A DNA stretch of 64,000 nt, taken from the NCBI RefSeq assembly GCF_963921235.1, contig NC_086120.1, positions 28,830,001 to 28,894,000 on the forward strand. Reading direction: 5' to 3'. Every line of letters begins with the position of its first letter. The first letter of the stretch is position 1. Below are positions 1-13,500 of the stretch, in pieces. The stretch is from Mobula hypostoma. Lineage: Eukaryota. The notes below the pieces were generated by a model. That model was not told where the DNA came from and searched no databases. It saw nothing but the letters and a program-made list of their open reading frames with translations. The position numbers and the translations under genes were made by a program.

Positions 1-1640
1 ATCTTGTCCTGTGTCACCAAGTACTCCATAAACTCATCCTTAACAATTGCCTCCAACATCTTCCCAACCACTGAGGTCAGGCTAACCGGTCTATAATTTC
101 TTTCTGTTGCCTTCCTCCTTTCTTAAATAGTAGAGTGACATTTGCAATTTTTCAGTCCTCTGGCACCACGGCAGAGTCCAATAAATTTTGAAAGATCATT
201 ACTAATGCCTCCGTAATCTCTACTGCTACCCCTTTCAGAACCCTAGGGAGAAGTTCATCAGGTCCCGGTGACTTGTGTACTCTTGGGTCTTTCAGTTTTT
301 TGAGCAACTTCTCCCTTGTAATAGTAACTGCACTCGCTTCTCTTCCTTCACACTGTTCAACATCTGGCATACCGACAGTGTCTTCCACAGTGAAGACTGA
401 TGCAAAATACTCATTTAGTTCATCTGCCACCTCCTTCTCCCTTTTATTATTTCTCCATCCTCATTTTTTTAGCCGTCTTATTATCACTCTCATTTCTTTT
501 TTATTTTTTTACATACTTGGAAAAAGCTTTTACTATCCACTTTGATATTGTTTGCTAGCTTGCTTTCATATTTCATCTTTTCTCTCCTAATGATTTTATT
601 GCTCTCTGTAGGTTTTTAAAAGCTTCCCAATCGTCTATCTTGCTTTGTTGTATGCCTTCTCTTTTGTTTTTAAATTATCTTTGACTTCCCTTGTCAGCCA
701 GTTGTACTATTTCGCCATTTGAGTATTCCTTCGTTTTTGGAACACATCTATCCTGCACCTTCCTCATTTTTCCCAGAAACTTATGCCATTGCTGCTCTAC
801 TGTCATCCCTGCCAGCAAATCCTCATAATTTACTTAGGCCAACTTCTCTCTCATACCACTGTAATTTCCTTTATTTCACCAAAATACTGCTACGTCAGAC
901 TTTACATCCTCCCTATCAAATTTCAAGTTCATCTCAATCATGTTGTGATCACTGTCTCCTAAGGGTTCATTACCTTCAGCTCCCTAATCACCTCTGGTTC
1001 ATTACATAACACCAATCCAGTATAGCTGATCCCCTAGTAGGCTCAACGACAAACTGCTCTAAAAAGCTATCTCTTAGGCATTTAACAAACTCGTGCTCTT
1101 GAGACCCATTACCAACCTGATTTTCCCAATTGACATGCATGTTGAAATCTCCCATAACTATCATAACATTGCCCTTTCGACATGCCTTTTCTATTTATCG
1201 TTGTAATCTGTGTTTCACATCCCAGTACTGTTGGGAGGCCTGTAATGTAACTGCCATCAGGGTCCTCTTACCTTTGCAGTTTCTTAACTCAACCCACAAG
1301 GATTCAACATCTTCCGATCCTATGTCACATCTTTCTACTGATCTGATGCCATTCTTTACCAGCAGAGCTACGCCACTCCCTCTGCTCACCTTCCTGTCCC
1401 TCCGATACAACGTGTAACCTCGGATATTCAGCTCCCAATTACAACCATCCTTCAGCCATGATTCAGTGATGGTCACAACATTATACCTGACAATCTGTAA
1501 TAGTGCAACAAGATCATCCACCTTATTTCTTATATTCCATGCATTGAGATATTCCGTGCATTGAGAGTACTGTATTTGATACCCTTTTTCTGATTCTGCA
1601 TCCCTAATGCACTGATACGGACCCTGATGGCTGTAATTTT
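1..1640 (-). mobile_element. CR1 LINE ORF2 fragment (APE to RT start), degenerate
   Basis: ORFs with ITESWL...GYTLYRRDR...GSGVALLV and LNEYFASVFT...KSPGPD. Confidence 0.9.
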
Positions 1641-4600
1641 GTCCTATCTCTCATCATATTCTTAAGATTGTCTTCAAAGAAGGTCGGGTTGTTTCAGACC
1701 CACCAATGCTGTTGAATATTAACTAGCCTCCAATCAGTACAGGACCAATTTAGGATGGGCAACAAATGCCAGAACAATATATTGTGACTACATATTGTGA
1801 ATAGATAAGTAGAATATTCAGCACTGTAAATGATAAAGGAAGATCAACACTAGCGATCTGACAAAGTATCAAAACCTAAAATGAAGCTGATCCACCTATT
1901 GTGTCATTCACTGTTTATTTTAGGATTCTAACTTCATTATTTTCTATTTTTAATCTTAAAAACCACCCAACAAAATGCATCAGATCTCATTTATGAAATG
2001 TCTGGTTGTAAATCACAAGGAAAGAACATTAGTTCTTGTCTCATTTGCAATCATTAGCACAGTCCTGGTGAAAGGTACTTTCTCTCTCCACAGATGTCCT
2101 TTGAGTTGTCCAACATTTTATGCTTTTCTTTTCAAATTTTATATTTTTCCAGTGTATTTCTTTAGTATTGATATACCAGAGACTTGGCTATGAATTAATG
2201 GATCACTCTTGTCTCTGGATGAGAATGTTATGGATCCAAATCCTAATCTAGAACTACTGTCATTACAGTACATATTGAGGGGCACTTGCATGGGATGTTA
2301 AACTAATGGTTAGTGTGCTTTTTTTTGCATATGTAAAATATTCAACACTAATTTGAAGAGTAGCAAAAGTATTCTTTCCCAGGTCTAATAGCCTACTGCA
2401 AGTTCAAGTAGAATTTTTACTTCGAACTTTATTATCACATTATAAGTTTGGGGCAGCTTTCTGTGCACAAATTGGTTGCCATTGGAACAGAGAGGTTCTT
2501 GGGTAGCTCAAGGCACAATAGTTCTAAAATTGAGATCCCTTTGACTACAAACATGAGGACACTGTTACTATTTTGACTCTGAAAACCTGCATGTTCCTGA
2601 AGCTGGGGTGAGAATATTTGCATAGCGGAACAAGACCGCTGAGCTGATAATTTTCCTTTAGCTGCTGGAGTTCAACCAGCAAACACAGGACTTCAGTGAA
2701 AGAGCAATCAAATATCTAATTAAAATTCATTGAGCGATTTATAACTTTTTGTTGAAGCAATTTGATTAATCTCAACTAAAGAGAATACCAAAACTCATCT
2801 GACAAGGTATCTCCATGGGCATCACATCATTCATAGCCCGTGGCTCCATGTGAGTTCCATTTTTACCATGCTTCCAAACCTAATCCGGAATGTGCTGAAT
2901 TATTCAATGCAGCATATTCATTTGGGATTTACTTAGAATGCTGCTGAAAGCAATATGGATAATTATGAGGCCAATTATTGATGTATTCAGAGAAATGGAA
3001 TCATCACATGCAGGAAAAACTTGTCCCTATGGAGATGGTCCAATTTTAATTGAGAATAATATTGAATCAAAATTCCCCTGACAGTTGGAATGGTAAAGGC
3101 AGTTCATACAGAGAAGAAAGCTTGATCTTTGGTCTCTGCCAAGTCAGCTGGTCTGAAGCCACAGTGCAACACTTCTTTCCAGTGTCTCCAGGGCAGAGTT
3201 TCCAACCATAGAATTCTGACTTTGTACAACCCTGTCTGATGGGTGATAGTAAATTGGCAGCCCATTTTTTGGCTCTCTTATTTATAGTTTCACATAGATA
3301 TATCAACATTACCATCCCTTGCAGGAACCGGGTGTGTTGTGAAAATGGGTTCTATTCAACCTCTGAGGGCAAGGGTGGGGGGGGGGGGGGAAGAACTGAG
3401 CCAAAGACCCAGCACCAGCAAACTGCTGTGTTACTTCTCACCCAGCCTCTCCCCTACAGTTGACTGTGGAAGAACTGAGATTGTGAGAAAATAGAGAAAA
3501 ACTTGCCTGATTTAATATTAAGGTACTTTTCTTAGCCATGATGAATCATAGCAACTTGATTTATCAACTGTTATTTAGCTTATGATTTAGAATAAACAGA
3601 GCTTAATTTTTGCCAGTTCTATATTGGCCTCATTTTTCCATTACATGATTCACTCCTCTTTCCTACTCTTACATAAATGCACTGTCAAACACCACATACC
3701 CATTACTATTTTCATCCAAGTACAATGAACAAGCTAGACAAATTAAAGGTTTTTCCACCTGACCAACAGAAAGAGAGGAAAAGGCTGTAATGCCAAGGGC
3801 TTCAAGCCACACGATATTCTGACTTTGAATATATCAACAATTTATTCCCATCATCTAAATATTCTCATCTCAACAATATTATGGGAGCACCTTCATGTAA
3901 AAGGGTTATCAGAAGGCAGATCTCCATTTTCTTGTTGATAGGCAGTGGTTCTGATACACCCCCAAAATAACAAAAGACAGTGCACACAGTTCAACCCTCA
4001 CCTTTAAAAGATAACAATTCCAAACAAACAGTTTGAAATAAATAAAATTGTATCTTTGGTTTTTGCTCTTTTCACCAAAACCCTACGGCTGCTTTCAATT
4101 TTCTATCCATTCACACTGTGTGGTACATTGGAAGGTAGTAATGAATCTTTATTTTTCTTTCAGTTGATGGACTACTGTGCAGTTCCAGTCTCTTTTTCTT
4201 TGTTTATTTATTCACCATCTGGACTTATATAAATTCCCAGGTCCACTGTTCTTTCTTAATGACTTGGTGGATTGTTGGAATATAGTTGGCGATGGGAAAC
4301 TGAATCTCATCTACTTGTTCCTGGATGGAAAGAATAATGCTTAAAAAATTTGTACTAGCAGTTGAAGACTTTGTATGATAGAATGAAGTTACGTACATCT
4401 CCCATTTAGAACAGTATCTCAGCTTTTAGTTTGATATCTGTTTCTTTAAAATGAGTACCCCAATGAATATTGACTATTGGATTTAGAGTTCCTGTTTTCC
4501 TTGTTCCTTCAGTGTCCTCAGTGGCTCACAGTTCTGATGCATTTCATCACCCTTGATCTTATGAAAATAGACTCAAATGCTAAATGGTTTTCTTGGTTCA

Positions 4601-5980
4601 TCTGGGCATATTCCCATCCTATAATATTGGTTGTCAAGACTTAACTTCAGGTGTTGTGAATTTATCCTTATCCTTAAAATATCATCTCCCATCTTACCTA
4701 ACCGGACTTCCTTAGTTCCTTCTGCAAAGACTAATCCAGATTTCTACATTCTTTTGTACCAAAAGGTACAGAAAATATTGGCTATTACTCAGTGATGGCT
4801 CTGAATCACCAAGTGTGCATTACAAGTCTACAGAACTGCATGTTGTTTTGATATATTTTGTGTATACTTACTTATAATAGTATTACACAAACAAGGATAG
4901 ACAGGTTAATGTGCAGGTGTCCAAGTGTAATTCTCCAGGGATGCAATCAAAATCTATTCTGGGCTGAGGAGTGAACAAGCTTAATGGAAAGTGACTAGTA
5001 TTTGAATTCATTGAGGGTTTGATGTACAGAAATAATCTAAAATTGGAACAGATGTAATATAACTGGGAGAATGGAAATTCTGCTGGTGTTATAAGATAAA
5101 CTGTTATTAAGCTGGTGGTTGTGATAGAAGTCAATTATAATTTATCTTTGACCTATTCCTTTCACAACATTGTCTTAACAAGGCAGTTGAGATTAAATTT
5201 AGTAGATTGCATTTGGTGGCCATTGAGGAGAAACCAAATTCAGATCAAGTGATTGCTTTGCACACAGCCCCAATAAGTTTTTGAGGCTGAGCCCGAGCTT
5301 CTCTTTAATTTTCCATTCCACTTTGACCTCTGTTTTGCTCTGCTACACTGTTCCAATGCAGTCCAATGCACCCCGTTTCCCTTTGGGTGCACCAGCCTTT
5401 CCTGTTTATGTCTGAACCACCAGTTCTGATACAAGGTTATGCACCTGAATATTAGCTCAATTTTTACCCTCTTTACACTGATGGTACTTGCATTATTTTT
5501 GTTCCACATTTCCACACACTGCACCTCACAGTTCCAGCACCACCCTCATTCATCTTCCTCCAGATAAATCGACTACAGTTAACAAGCATTCACTTGTCTC
5601 ACGAGGAAGGCCCACTGTGTCACCTAGACAATCTTGGTTCCATCTTAATAAAGGCATTCCCCTTGTTTTCTGCATCACCCCCCTCTCTTCAACATAGAGT
5701 GCTCATCATCTCACTTTTGCAGTTATGACTGCCATTAAAACATTTATCATATGCCTCTCCACGGTTACCATCTGAACTGCTAACTGGCACGATGCACCTC
5801 AGGGACTTTAGACATACCCTGTTTCTCTACGAAGGACACAGTAGCTCACAGCAATCAATAGTACAAAAGTACGATGCATATCCTGATTTGGTTATAAAGA
5901 GAATCAATAAATACATTATTCATTCAGACTATAGAGTATATGTTGAGAATGTTGTACAAAACAAAATGTTATTTTATCAC

Positions 5981-6209
5981 AAACAACAGGAATTCTGCAG
6001 ATGCTGGAAATTCAAGCAACACACATAAAAGTTGCTGGTGAACGCAGCAGGCCAGGCAGCATCTCTAGAAAGAGGTGCAGTCGACATTTCAGGCCGAGAC
6101 CCTTCATCAGGACACCTGACGAAGGGTCTCGGCCTGAAACGTCGACTGCACCTCTTCCTAGAGATGCTGCCTGGCCTGCTGCATTCACCAGCAACTTTTA
6201 TGTGTGTTG
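5981..6209. mobile_element. Penelope-like fold-back element with hammerhead motif (copy A)
   Basis: 95-bp inverted arms at 6017-6111 and 6115-6209; CTGACGA-A-GGGTCTCGGCCT-GAAAC-GTC at 6116-6143; TSD ATGTTRTTTTATCAC at 5966-5980 and 6210-6224. Confidence 0.8.
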
Positions 6210-6286
6210 ATGTTGTTTTATCACTGGTTAAGTTACCCAACTGATTAGAGCTAGCCATTTTAATTATTACTGTTACAAAGAATGAC

Positions 6287-6475
6287 TAGATCAACGTGTT
6301 GATGTCGTGCAGAGGCTTGCATGCTTCAAGGATCCCATCGGGCGATGCCAACTCAGGGCCACACATGTTGGAACGGCTGTAGAATAGATGCCAGACAAAG
6401 ATCGATCCAACCCCGGCTCCCGAACGGACAGACTCATGTCTGCCCCTCCCGGGCCACACTTGCCATACAAAACAA
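6287..6475 (+). mobile_element. Short CpG-rich retroposed element, possibly an RTE-derived non-autonomous element
   Basis: 5' GTCGTGCAGAGGCTTGCATGCTTCAAGGATCC resembles RTE-clade 5' ends; ACAAAACAA tail; flanking repeats GTTACAAAG(AA)TGAC at 6272-6286 and 6476-6488. Confidence 0.4.
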
Positions 6476-7190
6476 GTTACAAAGTGACCACAAAAACACT
6501 GCTGTGAAGAGATTTCTTATACATTCATGTTGATTGGAATAATATGAAAATAATTATTCCCTTCACAGCCAGTGCTGATTCTTGCTGAAATCCAGCTTCA
6601 ACAGGCCAGGCTACCAATCCCTAAGTTGGAAACCAGGTCCACAAGGTATACTGTTATATTAGACTCAGATCCCATGCCATGTTTATATTCACATTGAGCA
6701 GAAGGTAACAGTTAGCAGAAAGATTACCAATTATGAGTTTTCCGCCCTCCAAAGTCAATAACAGTCTAACTGAATACAAACTAACTCAAAAAAAATGTTG
6801 CTGGAAACTTAAAAGGAAGATGTTGGAGATACCAAGCAGGTCAGGCAGCACACCAGACAGAGTTAATGTTTCAGGTATGAAACCTTTTGTCAGAAGAATG
6901 TCAGAGTGTGAAACACTAAAAATCTCTCTCTCTACACATACATTTTTTGAAACTGAATTCTTTGAAATAACTCTTACAACTACTCTAATGGAGATCATAT
7001 ACCACTGTACAAACTGTACTTTGACCCCGAATCCTGCGTTTGAGGTGGTGGGTAACAGATGACCTGGTTAAACCAAATATTTAACTATTACAAGAGCTGC
7101 AGCACTTCAGAACCACTGATTTTAGGCAATAAATGTAAGCTTAGTAGTGTAGTTCAAATCCTGTCAAGAGATAGTTGGAATCATGATGAT

Positions 7191-7196
7191 TTTATT
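7191..7196 (-). terminator. Candidate COPE polyadenylation signal AATAAA
   Basis: TTTATT on the + strand about 280 nt downstream of the COPE stop codon. Confidence 0.55.
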
Positions 7197-7472
7197 GACA
7201 GTTACAATTCAGAAGTTGTTATAACTGATGTTAGAATTTTGTGCAGATTGACAAATCTTATGACCAAAATTAACCTCAAATACAGTCTTTAATATTAAAC
7301 AATAGAGTCTCAAAGAAAGTAATAATTGCTCGCTAGTCACTTTTATACAAGGAATCAGATCCTACGACATTAGTTTTAAATGTACATCCAGAGTTGGGTT
7401 GCTCCAAGGATAAACAGTCCAAGATATTAATTTCTGATCATTTCATCTTCATAGGTATTATTTCCCTTCTTC

Positions 7473-7520
7473 TCATGCACTTGGAGCATACTGCAAAACC
7501 AATCGATCAAATTCGTGCTC
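7473..7520 (-). CDS. COPE: COPE exon 10 coding part ([15 protein letters not shown])
   Basis: CAG acceptor, TGA stop at 7475-7473; conserved C-terminus. Confidence 0.97.
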   Translation of the reverse strand, partial: EHEFDRLVLQYAPSA

Positions 7521-10500
7521 CTGTGAGGAGAGTTCAGAACTCATTTAGATTTTTTAAAAACAGAAATGAACATATAGAATATCTCTTGCCTACTAAATAT
7601 ACATTTAGTACATTCTTAATAGAACTGAATCAGAAGCTCAATTAACATCATAATCATTGAACACATTTCATAATCCTTCCAGCAGACATCACTCAAAGGT
7701 CACACCTGTTGGAGGAGCTGTGCCTCTTCATACTAATGTGTGTGCTGTACTCACATCCCTGGGAATTCCCTCTAGAATGAATAAGGTGGCTAGCTGCACT
7801 TTGCAATCTAGCCATGCAAGGTCTTGCTACATGTTGAAATATAGAACCACAACTATATTTATTTTCAATTCCATTAATTCAGTGAGATAAATATGTCATT
7901 AGGTTTGTGTCTAAAAATCCCCTGGTATGTCAGTGACAGCAAGAAAAATAATATATACCCTTGAGCAAAATTCTACTGATTTCCTAAATAAGTGGATATG
8001 TCTCTTGGTTAACACAACCAAAAATAAATAACCTATTCTTAGATAGCTGTTTCCTGTAGGAGCATGCTATGTGTACACTGGCTCCTGGCTTTGCTTCTGC
8101 TAATGACAATCAAACTAATTTAAGTACTTGCAAAGTGAAGCATTTCGGAATGTCTGATAGCTGTAAAAGTGAAGAAAAAATGCAAGTCTTGTTATTTATT
8201 AATCCTAGATGGTCACACAAAACACTTCAATCAAACCAACTTTGATGCAAAGATATAATGACCTGAGGTTCCACAGTTTAACAGAATGCTCAGCAAGATT
8301 GACCAAAGCCATCTGCAAAGACAGTTATTCCATGAGCCAAATAGTATTTGGTATTTTCTTAGGATTTTAAATCACAACTCACTGTACTTATTAAGGATTT
8401 ATTACATGTTCTTCAAAATAGCAATTAAGAACTGCTGCTCTCGCTTTTATTGTTTCCTAACAAGATTTAAGTCAGTTATAAATTTCCCAAATCACCAAGA
8501 TGATTTCTATTTAAAGATTTGAGATTAAGCGAGAAACCTCCTGACTTCTACTGAAATAAGTATTCATTTATAAACCAAAATTCTTTAGGAAATTCACAGC
8601 CAGTAACCGTTTTTACATACCTTGGCTATATACTCTTTAACGAAAGGATGACCTCTGTGCCCATCCTTCAGCTGCGAGAGATAGCGGTTACTAACCTGTT
8701 TATGGGAAAAAAAGTACAATTTAGCATGAGACGGCACCACCAACAGTGACAGACTGCATGTGGCATTACCGGAACACTCTCTGTTGATGAGTCATATCAA
8801 TGCAGATAATTGCACAAGAAATCTGTAGATGGTGCCACCTGCTGACGAATTTAGTATTGCAAAACAGGTCAATTTTGTGTACTTGTACAGGTGATTTACC
8901 AAAGTCAATTCCGTCCCTACATCAACTATCAACAAATGCACCCTCCTTAATTCAGGGATTCCCAACCTGGAGTCCACAGACCCTTTACTTATTGGTACTG
9001 GTCCATGGCATTAAAAAAAGGTTTGGAAACACCTGCCTTAAAGGATAGTTAGCAGTTGTGACTGATGCTGCCAGATCTCTTTCTAAGGTTGGCACAAGAC
9101 TTGTTTTACTTTCACAGCAGCTCTCTCCTATTGGAGAAAACAAGAAGGCTCAGACGACCACAACTCTGAAACAAAATTACATTCTGATGCCTCACTGAAA
9201 TTGCTAACAACTTGGCAAAAAGAAGTACAGAAATTCCACTTCTACCAGGTGTGAACAACTGGTTCAAATGGTCTAAAATACAAGAGTCGTTCAATATAGT
9301 TAAGGTGAGGAAAGTGTATTTGACAGCTCTGGTGTCTTATCGCACTGACTAGGATGAAAGACTTTGCTGAAGAGTCTGGTTCACATGGTGCAATATATTT
9401 CAGATAATTCTACAACCCCTTCTACCACCCACTCCAACATGACCTTTCTATACTAGGGATGCAAAGGCCAATTCTAGGGTCCCTTAGGTTACTCATGACT
9501 GATGCAATTTTGTTCAGTAGACATAAGGAGTTGAAAATGGAACAGTTCTTGTCAGCATGAAGGATTTACTTTCACATCAATGTGGGGATATCTAGTAAAC
9601 ATCATTATGTCAAATTTTTCAGAAGCCTTACCTCAGGAGCCTTGCCCGAATGCTGAGAAAGTACGATCAAATTGATGAGAGTTTCTGGGTGATTACTGTC
9701 CTAAGGGAATTGAAGTTAAGTAATTATTGTCACATTAACTAAGGGACAGTGAGAACATTTGTTTTGCATGCTGTTCATACAGATCATTTCATCACATCAA
9801 GCTAATACATAGGAAAAACAACAGAATACATACTGAAGTGTTACAGTTAGAAAAAGTGTAGTGCAGGCAGACAATAAGGTACATGACCATGGGGTGGGGT
9901 CTTAGATTACATTAACTGCTTTACTGAGAAGTGTTGACAGAGTTCATGGCTTGTTTTTGTGATGTGCTGAGCTTGTTCTGCAGTTTCTTGCAGTCTTAGG
10001 AAGAGCAGTTGCCAAACAAACCCATGATGCATCCAGATACGATGCCTACTATGGTGCATCAATAAAAATTAAAGGCCAATGGGAATTTGCTGAATTTCTT
10101 CAGCTTCCTCAAGAAGTAGAAATGCCTGTGACATCCCTGTGGTTGGACCAGGAATGGATATTGATGTTCCCTTCTAGGAACTTGAAGCTCTTAACTCACT
10201 CATCCTTAGCACCACTCAGGTAAACAGGAGCGTGTGGGCTGCAGCGCCTTCCTGAAGGGAATGACCAGCTCTTTTGTCACGACCATGGGAAATTGTTGTT
10301 ACGATGCCCAGCTACCAGGCTATCTCCTTACTCTGCTTTGACTCATTATTATTTGTGATTCAGTGCACTACAGCGGTGTCATCTGAGTAATAACGGTTAA
10401 CATTCGAAGTAGATAACAAACACATGGCTCAAGTTTGACCGGCAAGGGAAAGGGGTCATAGCGACACTATGGTCAGTGCACAAAGTATATCCAAAATCAG

Positions 10501-13500
10501 ACTGAAGAATGAAACACTGGGACAAAAGGAATCAAACTGCAGCAGGACCTATATAAAATGGATCTACTGAATAGTCAATGAGATGATCATCTATAACTCA
10601 TTTTAAATTTCAGGTTAAATTCATGAAAAATAAAAAACTGGTGTGTAGATTTAAGTATAATAAAACATCACTTAAAAGTTAATGCCCTGGGGACTTCCGG
10701 GTCATCAAGGGAATGGCGGCGTAAGGAAAAGGTCTCTCGACAAAAAAGAAGGTAAACTGCCCCAAAATCGAATTTAGACAAATACTTAATATTGCATAAC
10801 TATATTAATAAAAGGGGCAAGGATGATGTGTAAGAACAAGAATAAAAAGTCCGCTTCGAAGTCTGATAAACATAAAGAGATGCAGCAAGGCGAAGGGCCT
10901 AGCTCTCCCACGGCAAGCCAGGACGGAGATAATGAGGGGGAATCGGTGACTCTGTCTTTGATTCTCGGAGAGATTCGCGAGTTCCGACAAGATAACAGCA
11001 AACAGCTGGAAGATATTAAAGGAGAAATAGTAAAAACTAACTCGCGGATAGATGAAGCCGAAGCGAGGATTCTTGGAATTGAAGAAAAGCTACAAAACGC
11101 CGAGGAAGTGATAGCAGAAATGCTGAAGCTACAAGACCAACTCCAGTGGAAACTAATAGATCAAGAAGGCCGCTCGAGAAGGGAAAATGTGAGGATCTAC
11201 GGAGTTCCCGAAGGAACCGAAGGTAAACCCGGATTGATGATTCCCTTCGTGGAGAAGCTGCTTAGAGAGAACCTTGATATGCCGGCCGCAAAAGACCTAC
11301 AGATAGAAAGGGTTCACCGCGCGTTGGCACCACAGCCCCCGGCAGGCGCCCAGCCCAGATCGATTCTGGTCAGATTTCTCAGTTACAGAACGAAGGAAGA
11401 GGTGCTTAAAAGAGCATGGCAAAAGAAAGGTTTCATGTGGAACAACTGTAAAATCAGTTTAGACCACGACTACGCACCGGGGATTCTTGCCAGACGGAAG
11501 GAATATATGGAAACACGGAGAGTCCTGAAGGAAAACAACATCAGATTCCAGACCCTGTATCCAGCTCGGCTGAGAGTCTTTTACGACGAAGGGACAAAAA
11601 CTTACGCTACGGTGGAGGAGGCAATGTCGGACCTGGTGGACCGGGGACTACCTATTAAAGTTATCACCCAACCGGAGTCGCTACTGGAGAGGATTCGGCA
11701 GAAGTCGTGGCAGTTAGTGGGGCGAGGATGCTCCACTCGAAACAGAGTGTCAAACTACAAGGAAAAGCTGCAAATATTCAGACGCGAATGTACAGAGAAT
11801 ACAGATTAATTAAGAGAAATGACTGAAAAGAGTAAATCGGATTTAAAAGTAAAATGAAAACTGATAATTGAAAATAATCTAGGCGGAATAACTTGAATGA
11901 TAGCAATATGGTCGAGACATAAATAGGAGAAAATTCTCTATGATTATTCAAACTGCTGAGGGCCCTCTAACCCAGGGTGAAGATAGAGGTTATCCCTCTG
12001 AACTGAGGCGGGTCGGTGCTCAGGCCTCACTGTGGGAAGTAGGGGAAAATTTTCAAATGTTATACGTTCAGAAATGTCTAGGGTGTGGTTATATGTCTTG
12101 GTTTACTGTTGAGAAGGGATTGCTTACTGTTTGGTTAGAAAAGGAGAGTGCTTTTTTTCTACTAGAGAAAAATGCAAACTGAATTGGTAAAAATAATTTC
12201 CTATAATGTTAATGGGGTTTTGAATCCAATTAAAAGAAATAAGATTATGTCTAAATTGAAAAAAGAGAGGGCACAAATAGCTTTCCTCCAGGAAACACAT
12301 ATGAGCCAATCTGAACATGGAAAATTAAAAAGAATGGGCTTTAAGCATATATTTTATTCATCATATAAATTGAGTCACAAAAGAGGGGTAGCTACTTTAA
12401 TATCAAGTACTCTTAATTATGAACATATTTCAGAGACTAGAGACAAAGAAGGACGGTTTGTAAAAATCACAGGAAGAATAGAAGGTACAGAAATAACATT
12501 GCTGAATGTTTATGCTCCTCCAGGTAGTGAATGGTCATTTTATAGACACATTTTTGACCTAATGGTCAGTTCTCGAGGGGTAGTAATTTGTGGAGGGGAT
12601 TTTAATATTAGAATAAATCCTATATTAGATTCTTCAAGAATAGTTACTCAGAATAAACCTCTGAGTCGGAAAGTGAATTCATTGATGGAGGAGTCGGGAA
12701 TTATAGATGTCTGGAGGGAATTACACCCTACTAGTAAAGATTATACATATTACTCTTTCTCTCATTCAGCCTATTCAAGGATAGACTATTTCTTTATCTT
12801 TAATACAGATAGACTCAGGATAAAAAACTGTAATATTGCAACAATTGATCTGTCGGATCATAGCCCAGTCTCTATGTCTCTAATCCTGGAAAGGAAAATG
12901 AGGAAAACACTATGGAGGCTAAACTCACATATACTTAATAACCCAAAAGTAATGGAGAGATTAAGGGGAGAAATCAAAGAATATCTAGACCTTAATGACA
13001 CGGGAGAAACATCACCAGTGATTTTATGGGATACATTGAAAGCTGTACTGAGAGGGAAAATTATTTCCATTACTACTCACATGAAAAAAAATCAATGCAC
13101 AAAAATTAGCAGACCTTCAAGGAAAATTAAAACAACTTCAAGTTGGAGATAGCAACAAAAGTAATTCAAATCAAAAACAGGAAATTAGGAAATTGCAAAG
13201 TGAAATTGATGATATTTATACGTTGGAAACTCAAAGAAATTTTCTTTACCTGAGACAAAAGAATTATGAAGTAGGAGGTAAATCAGCTAGATTATTAGCA
13301 TATAAATTACAAAAACAACAAGCAGACAATACAATTCATAAAATAAAGAATCCAAAGACAAAGCTTGTGGAGAGTACAATAGGGAAAATTCAAGAGAGTT
13401 TTGAAACGTATTATCGAGAGCTGTACTCCCAACCCCGGGCCCCCAATGAGCCCTATATAGACAGTGTATTGAATTTTTTAAATCTACCTAAACTTACAGA

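Noticed and set aside
3067-5524. Short ORFs downstream of COPE examined as possible CERS1 exons (expected from human synteny)
   Set aside because: No convincing similarity, CpG island or splice structure seen.
5977-6258. Overlapping ORFs on both strands ([15 protein letters not shown]..., [11 protein letters not shown]...), recurring at 36651-37250 and 53436-53959
   Set aside because: Translation artefacts of the palindromic hairpin element; no protein-family features.
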